Counted from the first letter of the stretch, positions 11,016-24,376 are shown. The stretch is 64,000 nucleotides of DNA from Nemertoderma westbladi (GCA_032718475.1 JAUCBJ010001616.1:98909-162908); one strand, 5' to 3'. A program made the numbers and translations. Notes: generated by a model from the sequence alone, not told the origin.

Positions 11016-11298
11016 AGTTGGTATGCGCGAGAAAAACTACAGTAACTAGTATAGAGAAGATTGGGGTTAATTTGAGACATGGTGTTTGGGTATTGCCTTT
11101 GTTGATGAGCTAATACAACGACCGCAGATTATTGATGGATGACTCAGGGCCAAACTGGTCCACTTTATTTTCGAGTGAGGGTAATTTATGTTTTGGGCCC
11201 CGTTCTCATCTTTATATTCATTCTACCTTTACCTACTGTACGGCAAAAATAATACAAATGTATTGTATATTATATTGTATGGTTCCTATTGTGTTGTA

Positions 11299-11527
11299 TA
11301 TTTCGTTTGTTATAGTACAATTTATTCATCTCGCGTCCCTATCTGATTGATTTGTGTCAAATTAAATTGCCTTTGGCAACATTATTTGATACAAATCGAT
11401 TGATTAAACAATTAATTAATTGTTTAATCGACCAATTAATTAATTGTTTAATTAATTAATGAACTACTTAACACCCAAGGTGCGAAGTAGGTCCAACTGT
11501 CGCCAAGAGTGGCAAACCATTACTACT
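11299..11527 (-). repeat. Right outer terminal inverted repeat
   Basis: tagtacaatttattcatctcgcgtccctatctgattga...acacccaaggtgcgaagt...aaaccattactact mirrors 5411-5642. Confidence 0.92.
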
Positions 11528-11955
11528 GGTACATGTTTAATTTTTATGGTAGATAGTGTTTTCAATGGTAGTTAGTGTATTCATAAAAATGGTACAGTAG
11601 TTATTTAATAGTATTATATTATTAGTACTATTATAGTATTTAAAAATACCAACATATCGTATTATTATTATGAATATCCATATTAAATTTGGTTTATCTT
11701 CATTTATTTATCAGTGAAAAGAGTCTAGTATTGAAGAAAATAAAATAACGTGATTTCTGCAGCAATTTATTAAATAGATAATGAAAAAAATCTACAGTAG
11801 TTGCACAGATTCGGTCGTCCTTACGACTCATTTCCAGTATAGAACCCACAGAACTATACTTCTTACAGGCAAAGAGATAACTGGTGCCGGGACTCATTTA
11901 AGGACCATTTAATTAACAAAGCAAATATGCGCCCTGGTTTGGTTAGTCCCTTTAA

Positions 11956-13510
11956 CCCTATTAGTACCGGGCTATAAAATGTTGTACAAATACCGGGAGG
12001 GGGTCATATTGACCCCCCCCTCTAAAATCTACAAATATTTACGAAAACGTCTGATTTCTTGTTTGTACGTAGGTATCACTTGTCTGGATCCGACCGAAAA
12101 AAAAAATTTCGAAAAAAATGTACTGGGGTGGTTATATTGCAGCACCAAAATTACAAGTAGTGCACAATTTTCACCAAATTTGAAAGTTACATTTTCGGCT
12201 AATTATTTTTCAATACAGGTTTTCTGGGGTGCAAAATACATTGGAAAATATTAAAAAATGATATGATTACTATAAATGGCTGTTTAGTCCTCTCTGCGTA
12301 GGAAAAAAATGAAAAAAACAAGTAACCAGCACTTTTCAGTTAGAACACAAAATTTTTAATTCACTTATACGATGCTATAAATTCACATTTTCAGGTTTTC
12401 GAGGGCGCTGATTCTAATGGAATACATTTCTAATATGCCAGATCATTGCTACTTGTATTTTTCGGCGTTTTTTGGCAAATTTTGGTGCTAGCACCAAATT
12501 TCGTACCCATCACCAAAAAGTACAAGTTTGCGATGTCCAGTGCTGTTTTTATTGATTCCATCGGATTCAGGACCCTCATAAACCCGTATAACGCAAGAAA
12601 CAAGGTGATACTATCTACTTATCAATTTGCATATTTTCCAAAATTTGGTGCTGGCACAACAATTTTCACCTACCGGCGAAAAATACCATTTTGAGAACAC
12701 TTATGAAATTTTTACTGATTCCATTGAATTCAGAACCATCACAAACCCATATAACGCAAGAAACAAGGTGACACAATCAATTGATATATTTGATGGTTTT
12801 CAAAATTTGGTGCTAGCACCACATTTTGCACCCACATCCGAAAAATACAAGTTTGAGATGTCTAGTTCGATAATTATATTTTCCATTGAATTCAGAACAG
12901 CCATAAACCTCTAAAACCCAAGAAATAAGTTGTCACAAGCAATTTTATCTATTGAATGGATTTTCAAAATTTCGTGCTTGCACCAAAATTTGCACACAGC
13001 ACCGAAAAATACAAGTTTGATACGCTTGGTGCAACTCGTATATATTTCATCGAATCTAGAAACCCAAAAAACCCCAATTGCGTAAAAAACAAGTTTCAAA
13101 CGATCAATTTACAAAATTGACTTATTTCAAAATTTGGTGCTGGCACCAAAATTTGGCACCCACCGAAAAAAACAAGTTTGAAATTTCTAAATCAATTTAT
13201 ATGAATTCCATCAAATTTCTAACACCAAAAAACCGGTGTAAATAATAAATAGAGATGTTACAATTCATATTTAATGAAATGTAATTTTCAAAAAACGTCT
13301 CAAAAAAAGTGCCAAAAGTAGGGTTAAAAAATGGTGCTATAACTCGAAAAGTACCCAATATTTTTGAAAACGGTTTTCACTACTAGGAAGACAATAGATT
13401 TTTAGGAAAGGTCATAAAATTTCAGATTCCTAACTGCGTTTGTTTCAGATTTATAATAAAAAAACCACGGGAGGGGTCATATTGACCCCCCCCCCCCGGG
13501 TTTAATAGGG
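11956..13510. mobile_element. piggyBac-type non-autonomous element
   Basis: TTAA on both sides (11952-11955, 13511-13514); termini CCCTATTA...TAATAGGG; subterminal motif gggtcatattgacccccc near both ends; internal degenerate tandem modules; no transposase. Confidence 0.88.
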
Positions 13511-13530
13511 TTAAAGCATTTATGCCAAAA

Positions 13531-13628
13531 CGAAAACTATCCTGGCCCGCCTGCAGGGGTAGAACCCCACGACCTCTGGAGCGATATTAATTCAAGGAAA
13601 TGAATTTAAATGCTACGCAAGGCTTGGA
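13531..13628 (-). ncRNA. Degenerate tRNA-derived SINE-like unit related to those at 6817 and 10036
   Basis: cgaaaactatcctggcccg...agaaccccacgacctctggag aligns by eye with cgaaaactgccctggtcc...cgaacccacgacctactggag. Confidence 0.45.
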
Positions 13629-13725
13629 AAAATTTAATATGCGTGTTTGTATTAGGACACGACCCTTAAAAATACAAAGTAAGCTGTCACTTTGTTCGTT
13701 CAATATGCTCAAATTAACAATAAAC

Positions 13726-13935
13726 ACAATATTGCAATGTTCTAGAGTTAATATACGGAAATAAAAACCTTCAGCGAATAAAACTGTAATAATCACTTCT
13801 GCCTTATCCTTCAGCAAATTAACCTAATATACAATACAGGTTAATTTGCTTCTGGAACGGCATCAGTGATTATTCAGTCTTATTCGCTTCAGGTTATTAT
13901 TTCCGTATATTAACTCTAGAACATTGCAATATTGT
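13726..13935. repeat. ~210-bp near-perfect palindrome (foldback MITE-like)
   Basis: acaatattgcaatgttctagagttaatatacggaaataa ... ttatttccgtatattaactctagaacattgcaatattgt; the arms pair to a short loop near 13830. Confidence 0.85.
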
Positions 13936-16901
13936 ATGTATATTAGATATTAGATATTTGATATTTTTGTTTATTTTTGATATTGTTCATTTTCATTATG
14001 TTTGATATTTTTTTTTATCTGTTCTTTATTATATTTTTCATAAATGGCGAATTTTCAAGGATCTAGAAGCCTTAACATAGTATCAACTGCAACTCTGTCA
14101 GAGGTGCCTCTTTGGCAACTATAAAAGGTTTATGTAGTTTTGCCGATATTATTTGTTTACATGAGATTATGCTCCCCAAACAGGAGCTTGGTTTTTTACA
14201 AACAATTTCAGATAATTTTTATGCAAAGGGATTTAGTCCTGTTGACTTACAGGAACAATTACTAATTGGAAGGCCATATGGCGGACTAGCATTTTTGTGG
14301 CGTAAAGTATTGGGAAAAATTATTGTAATTTTAAAGGATATTGGTGATGATAGGATTAGAATTGCAGTAATTAATACACATGAAACTGAACCTTACTTGT
14401 TTAACGTGTATCTTCCATACGAATGTCCAGAAAATGTAGACGATTAATTGGATTACTTGGGTACCCTCACTTCCCTCATAGATGAGATGAACAGTCCTTT
14501 AATTGCTATTGTAGGAGATTTCAATGGTGACCCCTCAAGACGGAACTTTGGTAATTTTATCAAATTTTTTGTAGAAGATGCCGGGCTCACATGGAGAGAT
14601 TTTGAACGTCAATCAACAGTTACACATACATTTGTCAGTTCAGCCCATCATACTACATATTGGCTAGACCACATCGTATGTAGCGGTTCTATGGACTCTA
14701 AAGTGTTTCACGTATCAACATTCCCAGAATTACTAACTTCCGATCACATACCGATATCTATGATACTATCTTTGAATTATGAGTTACGCTTTTGCGACGC
14801 GGGAATTCCACCAGGTACAACTCTAGAAAGTTCAGGATCAGTTAGTTTTTGTTTCTCAAAATCCCCCAGTAGAGACTGGTCTCGCGCAACGTCTTGTCAT
14901 TTAAACTCATATAAAAGTGTTTTAATTAAGGAACTGAAAAGTATAGATATTCCGTACAGCGTTCTTTCCAACACATCCATTGACATTAGTGATGATAATC
15001 GTACTCAGGTAATAGATGACTATTATGAGAATATTGTTGATGCCATTTTAAGAGCGTCTAAGGAATCAATTCCGGCTCGTCCTTGTGGAGAGAAGGATAA
15101 TAAACATGACCACTCGGTGCCAGGTTGGTCTGAGTTGGTTAAAGATAAATACGATCAGGCCAGGGAGGTCTTCTTATGGTGGCGCGCAGTCGGTAGTCCT
15201 AGAGATGGTCCTATCAGTGTGGAAATGCGTAGAACACGTGCGTTTTTCAAACTAGCTTTTAATTAATGTCGTAGGACTGCAGAAAGAATTAAATCTGACA
15301 AATTAGCAGAAAGTCTCTTACATAGAAAACCCAATGATTTTTGGATAGAGGTCTCCAAGATGAGTAACCAGCATACAGTCATACCTGACAGTGTAGATAC
15401 AGCAAATGGTGAAGAGGCTATATGCGATATATGTGGCGCACTGAGTATAGTCAGCTGCTTAATCAGGATCCCAAGAAAAGCAAGGAACACAAATGGAAGA
15501 TCTAGTACATAATTTGATCCCCGACAGTGAGGAAAATCCGAAGGATAGTGCAGTGAGCGCGTCAGAAATTTTCGAGGCCATTAAGGAATTAAGTGGAGAG
15601 AAAGCAATTGGGACAGATGGTGTAAGTGCAGAACATTTACTCTATGCACCAGCCGAGTTATCTGTGCATATTTCTTTTTTGCTAACAACTTCATTGTCTA
15701 ACAGTTACTTTCCATCAAAGTTTATTGTAAGTTATATTGTACCTGTTTTAAAAAACAAGAATGAAAAAATAACTGATAACTGTAATGATAGACCAGTTGC
15801 AATATCAAATATTTTGTCTAAAGTTCTATAACGAGTGATTCTTACGCGTTATAAATCACATTTAATAGTCGCTGATAATCAATTTGGTTATAAAGCTAAT
15901 CATAGTACTGATTTCTGCAATTTTGTACTGAAGGATATAGTATCAGAATACATCCGTATACATATTACATATGCTTAATTGATGCCTCAAAGGCTTTTGA
16001 TAGGGTGATCCATTCATTAATATTATTTTTTAAGTTATTAGACAAGGGCGTGCAGAAATCTGTACTTATTCTACTCACGTCTACTGGTATAGTCGTCAAG
16101 AAATATGTGTTAAATGGGGAAAGATATTTTCTGGTTTATTTTTTGTAACCAATGGAGTTCGTCAGGGTAGTTTAATATCTCTTGTGTTTTATAATGTATA
16201 TATGGATGATCAAACTATTTTACTAAATAATAGTGGTTTAGGGTGCAAAATTAATAATTGTAGAGCTAATAATATTTCTTACGCAGATGACATTTCCCTT
16301 ATGGCAACAAGTACTCTAGCGTTACAGAAATTAATTGATATTGGAAGTAAATACGCTAACGATCATTGTCTTACATTTAATTTAAAGAGAACGAAATGTT
16401 TATATTTTAAGGCACGTTCTAGAACAGATTTTCCACAGTGCGGTGTATTTAAATAGGGAAGTTGTCAAGGTTGTTACTAGTGCTACTTATCTAGGTCATA
16501 TCATTAACACGAACATTAATGATAAACCAAGGACTTCTAGAACATAGTATATATTCAGGACGCGATGCTCGCATATAGTGTTAATTTTATTAGAGGCCGG
16601 TTTTTTCTATTCAGTGTAGGCCTAATTACTTTAATTTACAGAAGTAAACTTCTCAATTTCCTTTCATTGTTTTTAATGCAAACGTTTTTAATGTTTTTAA
16701 TTTGTATTGCTAACAACCTAATGTACTAATGTACTTAATGTAAATATTTTACGACAATTTGCTAGCGATAATTTATTAGTACAAAAAATAACTAACACTG
16801 TTGAAAGATATTCGAAATAACCTTTGAAATTGTTCTCTGTTCAAAATTTCAGTTTTCTCTTCTTTCTATTGTTAGTCTCTACATCTCTGACATTAGCCGC
16901 T

Positions 16902-17537
16902 TTATTGCTGTAGAACTTGGAGAGTCCCTTCATCATTATATTGCAGAGTCTGGATAATACCTGCCTTCCTACCATCAATAGCACTATCTACCACGGTATT
17001 GTCATATATGATATCGACAAATCGCCTCATCCTGGTTGTACATCCAATATAGCGCCGTTTGGTAAGTGACAGTGAAGCACAGGCTAGATGAAATATATCT
17101 GCACGGGGAATTGAAAGCTTTCCTCTAGAGACCATGTTCGTGAAGTCACACTCTGGAAGTTGTGAACAATCTCCAAGTTCTGAGACATCAATGGGCAGTT
17201 GTTTCTTGAAGGTCACATAGCCGCATGCATACATCAAAGCGCTTTTCTCTGTGTCACTAATGCTGTATTTTTCATTTTCAAGGACGTAGTCAATATCTTC
17301 CAGTTCATTATTAGTTAATTCGCTCGTGCAGCAGTGGTTCTTTTCGTGACTAATAGGTTCGATGTCAAAGCTGTGGTAAATCTTCGCTCGTCGTAATCTC
17401 TCTGAATACATGACCTGTTCTAGAGAGATGTTATAATTTCCGCCACTCATTTGCCTATATACTCCAAACTCTCCTTCGATCGGATCAGACTGTAGTAAGC
17501 CAAGCAAGACATAATTATATCCATTGACTCTAAGCAA
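16902..17537 (-). pseudogene. C-terminal part of P-type transposase
   Basis: YVLLGLLQSDPIEGEFGVYRQMSGGNY (catalytic Glu region), YACGYV and SRGKLSIP motifs; the central domain is missing. Confidence 0.82.
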
Positions 17538-17631
17538 GTCCTCTATCTGACAGATCTTTTGTCAAACTCGTCAGATCAGGTGATATTTTATCTAACTGAA
17601 TGAATTCCGCTAGTTCATCTCCTTGTTGATT

Positions 17632-17949
17632 TCAGATACTCGAAGATACTCCACGCTTATTAACTTCTCTTGATGATGATGAAGTTTGTCTGTTGTTTAT
17701 ATCAGTTCCGAATACTGATGGAGCCTCCAGCGGTCTTTCATACCTTTTTATCTTGATCATCTCAGCGTTTTCTGGCCAATGTCGCGCACATACTCCAATA
17801 TTTGGCGTTACTTTCTCTATTCTATTTGGTATATTCTCCAACCAATAATGTTGGTCTATTAAGTTTTTTGGGAACTGGTAAACTGTTACCTTCTCTTCTT
17901 GCGAGGCATAATTTCCTTCACAGCCTGCCACAGAGCATTTGCGTGGCAT
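17632..17949 (-). pseudogene. THAP DNA-binding domain (N-terminus of P-type transposase)
   Basis: MPRKCSVAGC...YQFP...W...VCARHW...APSVF is the C2CH THAP signature with an AVPTIF-like box. Confidence 0.85.
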
Positions 17950-19025
17950 CGATAATGTGATGATTTGCAGAGATTATCAAATGTCTGTTATATTATTATC
18001 ATGTACTGTATGTTCGAACTAATTGACTGATAAATTATGAGATCTACTCACCCATGGAATACTAAATAATTATACATGTATATTTAGTATTCCATGACTC
18101 ACCTAATGCTACTTACAGATCATTTCTATTTAAATGTTAAAAATATTATAATCTTAAAATATTTCAATAATAAAAAAAAATACGTTTTAAAAAAGTAGCA
18201 ACAACTAGCTAGTATGTACAAGATCTTTTAACTTGATGAAACAAGTTCTTGAATAAAAAGTTAAGATTAAAACCAAGGGGTCCTAAACTATTTGATTGTT
18301 AAATTTGCGAGAAATTTCCACTGTGTTTCTGTTTACTATGTAATAGGCAATACTATTAATTGTATATGTGCAACTATAGATAGTTTATGTATTGGTAATT
18401 TTTGTAATAATATTGTAGTATAATTTCCGCCATTACTATAGTATTTCAACTGCATTTCTTTTATTTAGCTACACTTTATCTATAAACTAAGAAACTAAGA
18501 TAATGAATACCGGCCTCTAATAAAATTAATTAACACTATATGCGAGCATCGCGTCCTGAATATATACTATGTTCTAGAAGTCCTTGGATAAACTCGATAT
18601 TGAAAATCAAACTCGTAGCCTGTACCGCAGAGGTAACAGTATTGTTAGGAAATTTAATAATTGTTCAACTGCAGTTAAAAATACTTTGTTTAGATCATTT
18701 TGTTCCGGTATCTATGGGTGTAGTCTGTGGTCCGTATATACAGTTAGTGCATTAAAATCAATACAGCTCGCTTACCACAGGATCTTTCGGAAATTACATC
18801 ATTACCCCAGTAATTGCAGTGCAACAGAAATGTTTATATTTAATAGGGTTCCTACTTTCTTACATATAAGACGTAGATCAGCGTACAGTTTATATTCTAG
18901 AATACAACTATCTGATAATTCCATAGTTAGGTGTGTTCGAATGTTACGTTTTAAGTACGATTCAAGTTTATGGTCTGTATTTAATTTCCTTTTGTTCTAG
19001 TTTCTACGAATTAATATCAATATCT

Positions 19026-19866
19026 GTGGCTGGCCACGAGAAAAGGGACCTTATGTCACCGGAGGTCGATTTTGAGTTATTAGGCCTACGAGATGCAGAA
19101 TTTTCCAGAGATTTTAACAAAAAAAACGGTGTCTCAATATCAATTTCTAAAAAAAAGTTATAGCGATTTATGTGAAGGTGAATCGGGTAGCAAAAATTTT
19201 TTTAATAATAGCGGTTATAATAAGCGATTATTTAAAAAAATGGAAAATATTAATAATATCATAGCAATTCTTACTATATAGTTAGGCAGTTCAATGTTAA
19301 TTGGCTTTTTATACAACTTTTAACACTTTGAAACTATTAATATTGTTCATGAACTATTTAAAAAAAAAATTTGCAAAATTTTCAAAAAAACATGTAGGCC
19401 TAACCAAAAAAATTTTTTTTTAATTTAACATTTTTTCAAAAAGATAAATTTTTTTAACAAATTTTAAAATTATTTGTATTTTGAATTCTTTATTGGGATT
19501 ACAAAATTTAAGAACTAACGAATTTAAATTAAGAAAATGACAGCCATATTACATTTAAAAAATAACTGTAGGCCTACAGTACCTATTACAGTATTAGAAT
19601 TTCATTTTATTACAGTCCTAAATTCAGACATGAAAACCCTAAGACAGTGTTGTATACAACACTGCAACATCTTATATTGCTTCCTGTAATTAGTTATTTC
19701 CTAGGTATATTGAATATCAGAACCAATTTGAATTTCCCTCATCGTTTTATACATTTCTAAATTGATAATCCAATTAAATTTGTTCAAAAATAGAGGGAAA
19801 CTTTAAACGCGATTATCTCAGAATCAGGTTTTGCGACATAAGGTCCCTTTTCTCGTGGCCAGCCAC
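19026..19866. mobile_element. MITE with ~32-bp TIRs and apparent 4-bp TSD, inside the LINE 3' UTR (superfamily unassigned)
   Basis: gtggctggccacgagaaaagggaccttatgtc ... gacataaggtcccttttctcgtggccagccac, flanked by atct on both sides. Confidence 0.85.
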
Positions 19867-20625
19867 ATCTACAGTACATATTATACATACTTAACACTAT
19901 ATTGTGCTATTTATCTATGCGTCACTATAATATTGTATATGGGCCTTGGCCTGAATTAAAGATAACATAACATACCATGAACTGTAAAAAAGGTCCACCA
20001 CCTATTGCTCAGCTTGAAACAAATCAATTTAATTTAAATTACGTTTAGCAGACCTTATATGTTTGGTGTTAATCAACACCAATTTCAATTTGACATTAAT
20101 ATATTAAACATAGACCCTAATACTATATTTCGGTAATTATAACAATATAATAATAAATGTAATAATAATCAAATAATAAATGTACATTAAAAAATATACT
20201 TTATTATCCTTCCCATCTCTAGATTAGTTTATCGTAGCGTTCGCCTGTAAAATAAAGTGATTTTGGATGAGCGATAGATACCAGTAAGGCATATTTTATT
20301 TATTGTCATATAAAGGAACAGATTTCAGTGAAAAAGTTTTTTGAATTTTTAACAATAATAATTATTTATTACATGATAAAAAAACTAGAACTTTTTTCAT
20401 TATTTTAATTGCATTATTTTGCATTTAATTTTGCATTATATTCTTAGTTAAGAAGATATAATAATGTAGTTGTATTTACTTTACACAGGCTAAACCAATA
20501 AAGGGCGAAATTTGTATGGACACCTCCATCCCCGGAACCATGGACCCCACCTTGTCTGAAAGCATCCAACATCGTATCCATGGACTAACTTCTCTGAAAG
20601 CCTCCAACATTGGAACCATGGACCC

Positions 20626-20900
20626 CTACTTCTACGATCGGCATGCTGCATTGCAGCTGCATTATATATATTACATTACATATTAAGAATGATATGCCGG
20701 CTTGTCGACAAAATTCCTCCCCCAAAACTCCCTATCACCCAAGATATTTGCTAGATCATCCGCATCTTTAGGGCCAGTGTCCTTTAAGATGTGTCTTAAG
20801 AAAGTCATGGGTTCACGCAGTGCTTTTGGGAATTTTGTCCAAAAGACTTTCAAGGATGCGATATGTACTGGCAGTATTTATCGTGTGATATAGCATGTAA
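20626..20900 (-). mobile_element. Degraded 3' end of an RTE-type LINE
   Basis: gatcggcatgctgcattgcagctgcat and ccggcttgtcgacaaaatt are reverse-complement matches to the RTE 3' ends at 26860-26940 and 52420-52495. Confidence 0.6.
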
Positions 20901-21529
20901 TCTGGCGAATATAATCTAATCTCGAAATGTATGTCAACTTGTGTTAGTGGATCGTTAGTTGAGGAGTTGCTTTGTTGATAAGCCGGCATAACATTCTTAA
21001 TGTACGCTGCATTGGGTTTGCCAAATCTGAATTACATGGTGGTGACAAAATGTTATTGTCCAACCGGCATAGCATCTCAAATAGTTTCAATGCTGTAGGC
21101 CGACTATAGTAGTTGTAGTTATTGGTTCGACCCATTAATCCTAATCCATCATGTCTGTCCCCTTCCATACTATTACACTTGTACAGATAGTCTAATATTT
21201 TATTTATTGCTGAAGACTTACAACACATCGTAGGCAACCATCTCAACTCATTTTTCCATCCGGCACGGCACTATAGCAACTAAAACCGTAGCTAACTGCC
21301 ACAAGTGATGTAAGAATCAACAATTGTTTCATAATTATTGAAATAATTTTATACTAAAGAGATTGTAAAAGTTTAATATAATATGTTAACAAAATAAATA
21401 ATATTTTTTCAAATAATAATTAAGACAATCTGAAGGCAATGCTATAAAAAAATGTAGTAATGAATCAAAAGCAAACGCACAAATGGCACAAGTTTTCCAC
21501 TCTCTCTGTCTGTCTTTATCTGTCGGTCT

Positions 21530-22860
21530 CTGTTCGCCCCCTTCTTGGTTCGGTCCGGGTCTCTGTCCACCACCTGGGTTTGGTTCGGGCCTCTGTCTGC
21601 CTCATAAGCCAACTGGGGGTAATTGACCGACCCCTTGCCTTGGTTCGGTCCGGGTCTCTGTCCACCCACTGGGTTCGGTCCAGGACTCTGTCCGCACCCT
21701 GGTTTGGTCCAGGACTCTGTCCGCTCCCTGGATTCAGTCCGGGGCACTGTCCGCCCCATTGGTTCGGTCCGGGTGTCTGTCCACCCCCTGGGTTCGGTCC
21801 AGGACTCTGTTCGCACCATGGTTCGGTCCAGGACTCTGCACGCCCCCTGGGTACGGTCCGGGACACTGTCCGCCCCCTTGGTTTGGTCCGCGTCTCTGTC
21901 CACCACCTGGGTTTGGTTCGGGCCTCTGTCTGCCCCATAAGCCAACTGGGGGTAATTGTCCGACCCCTTGCCTTTATTCGGTCCGGGTCTCTGTCCAACC
22001 CCTGGGTTCGGTCCAGGACTCTGTCCGCACCCTGGTTTGGTCCAGGACTCCGTCCGCTCCCTAGGTTCAGTCCGGGACACTGTCCGCCCCATTGGTTCGG
22101 TCCGGGAATCTGTCCACCCCCTGGGTTCGGTCCAGGACTCTGTACGCACCCTGGTTCGGTCCAGGACTCTGTCCGCCCCCTGGGTACGGTCCGGGACACT
22201 GTCCGCCCCATTGGTTCGGTCCGGGTCTCTGTCCATCCCCTGGGTTCGGTACAGGACTCTGTCCGCCCCCTGGATACGGTCCGGGACACTGTCCGCCCCA
22301 TTGGTTCGGTCCGGGTCTCTGTCCACCCCCTGGGTTCGGTCCAGGACTCTGTCCGCCCCCTTGGTACGGTCCGGGACACTGTCCGCCCCATTGGTTCGGT
22401 CCGGGTCTCTGTCCACCCCCTGTGTTCGGTCCAGGACTCTGTCCGCACCCTGGTTCGGTCCAGCACTCTGTCCGCCCCCTGGGTACGGTCCGGGACACTG
22501 TCCGCCCCCTTGGTTTGGTTCGGGTCTCTGTCCACCACCTGGGTTTGGTTCGGGCCTCTGTCTGCCCCATAAGCCAACTGTGGGTAATTGTGCTCCCCCT
22601 TGCCTTGGTTCGGTCCGGGACTCTGTCCGCCCCCTTGGTTCGGTCCGGGACTCTGTCCACCCCCTGGGTTCGGTCCAGGAGTCTGTCCGCACCCTGGTTC
22701 GGTCCAGGACTCTGTCCGCCCCCTGGGTACGGTCCGGGACACTGTCCGCCCCCTTGGTTCGGTCCGGGTCTCTGTCCACCCCCTGGGTTCGGTCCGGAAC
22801 TCTGTCCACCCCCTTGGTTCAGTCCAGGTCTCGGTCAGCCCCCTGGGTTCGGTCCGGGAC
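21530..22860. repeat. GC-rich ~30-bp minisatellite with higher-order structure
   Basis: Unit ~cctgggttcggtccaggactctgtccgccc, with a recurrent variant block cataagccaactgggggtaattg. Explains the overlapping repetitive ORFs. Confidence 0.95.
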
Positions 22861-24376
22861 TTTATCAATGATGAGTGATTTTTTGCCGAGTTGGCAACCG
22901 TTGGATCGAGTTTTGTAATGCAGCAGAGAGAGAATAAACCATAATAATTTATTGGCGCTGATCTGCGAAAATCATATCAGATCATTGTAGGTCAACTATT
23001 ACAGTTTCATTTAACTCAGTCTGACTCTTGAGCCTATATCTATCATTACTGTGATGTGTCTATTTTTGATTCCTTAAAATAATTCAAAGTATCATTTTTA
23101 GTGTATTTGTCCATATCACATCAAGGCGGTAATGTAGACTTGTGCCGGACTTCACATTTTCTGCGACATCTCAAGAACTATTCCCTCTATGTTTGTTTTG
23201 AAGGTGTCTACCCCCACCCCCGGTCATTGCGGTTCTAATGAACATAATATTAATGTAGTAGGAGAACTCAAAGTTGGCCAACGCGAAAATTTGAGAATAA
23301 TCAACACTTGCGCCAAATGGTAGGTTCTGGCCATGTGCCTGTGGCACTAGTTCCCTTGATCCATAAAAAATAAAAATTTTGTAATCTAACTAAGTTTGGA
23401 CACATTGGATGACATTTTATGTATGCAGGAAGTTCTTTCATGAGTCATTGATCTTTCATCCATGTGTTTATATTGCTATAAATTTCATTATGGTTAATGC
23501 TATTATTATATCGCTGATTGTGCTTTATAGATCTGATATTACGAACAACTGTAACTATAAACTCAGTAATTTTACCAGCCTTCGGCCTTTCAGCATCCTC
23601 AACAGCCGTTCAGTAGCCTAACAGACGCGGCGACGAGTATTTTCCACACGACTCAAAATACCACACCGGTCGGGATCCTCGCCAACTCGGATCCCGTCAC
23701 ACTAACTCCAGACATTATTTTGTTAATAAAAAAAGCATTGCCTTACTTTATGTTGTCTGTTTTACAAAACATTGGAAAGTGTGTTTGTATTGAATAGTTT
23801 GCGATGGCAGAAATTATAAAGTGCTAACTCGACGAGATTGTTACGTCTCATAAAAAGCAATCAATTAGTTCAATATGACTGCCATCAATTTCATACTAGG
23901 TTAGCACTACAGTATAATATTCAATTTACTTTTAAAATATTATACTACTAACATTTACACATTGCAGTTAGCACTATATTAACTTTACTATCAAAATGTT
24001 ATACTGCTAACATTTACACACAAAGTTAGCACTACAGAAGATTCAGCCGATATAGTGATGCACACATGAGACGCTAGGGGGCGCATCGCAATTTACACAT
24101 ACACATGTACGTGTTTGCAACAACTTTAAAGTGCTAACAGCCAAACTGAAAGCAAATTTGGACCAATCATGGCTTAAGAATTCATTTGGCAGGTTTGGTT
24201 AGCACTTTAAGTTAGCACTTTAAAAAAGTTAGCACTTTACCCTAAAAAGCTGCTGTATAGTTAGACCTTTAGGGGTTCTACAAACACATTCACGGTGACA
24301 CACTTACACCCTTTATATTCGTAATTGTAGTTGACTATTTTATTCGCATGTCCTTAGATCATCATAATGATGATGG

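Larger units (their letters stand above)
5411..11527. mobile_element. Non-autonomous Polinton/Maverick-like element with long modular inverted repeats and two cargo genes
   Basis: Starts AGTAGTAATGGTTT and ends AAACCATTACTACT. ~230-bp outer TIRs, plus further inverted modules reaching to ~7550 and ~9157. No pPolB, integrase, ATPase or capsid ORF. No 6-bp TSD visible (aataat vs ggtaca). Confidence 0.7.
16528..18586 (-). mobile_element. Internally deleted P-superfamily (THAP) DNA transposon
   Basis: Near-perfect TIRs caaggacttctagaacatagtatatattcaggacgcgatgctcgcatatagtgttaatt; 7-bp TSD GATAAAC (16521-16527, 18587-18593). The LINE reading frame resumes across the insertion. Confidence 0.93.
14044..19975 (+). 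mobile_element. Degraded LINE ORF2 (same broad RTEX-like family type as 1780-4975), interrupted by two DNA transposons
   Basis: Fragments with GRPYGGLAFLW, GDFNG, LDH, SDHIPI, VPGWSE, RQGSLIS, YADD and YGCSLW. 3' end tatgggcct...gcctgaattaaa followed by a short acata tail at ~19940-19975. Many stops and frameshifts. Confidence 0.88.

Noticed and set aside
5405-11533. 6-bp target-site duplication for the Polinton-like element
   Set aside because: The flanks (aataat / ggtaca) do not match, so no TSD is claimed.
21442-22918. Many overlapping 200-450 aa ORFs
   Set aside because: Products of a stop-poor GC-rich minisatellite.
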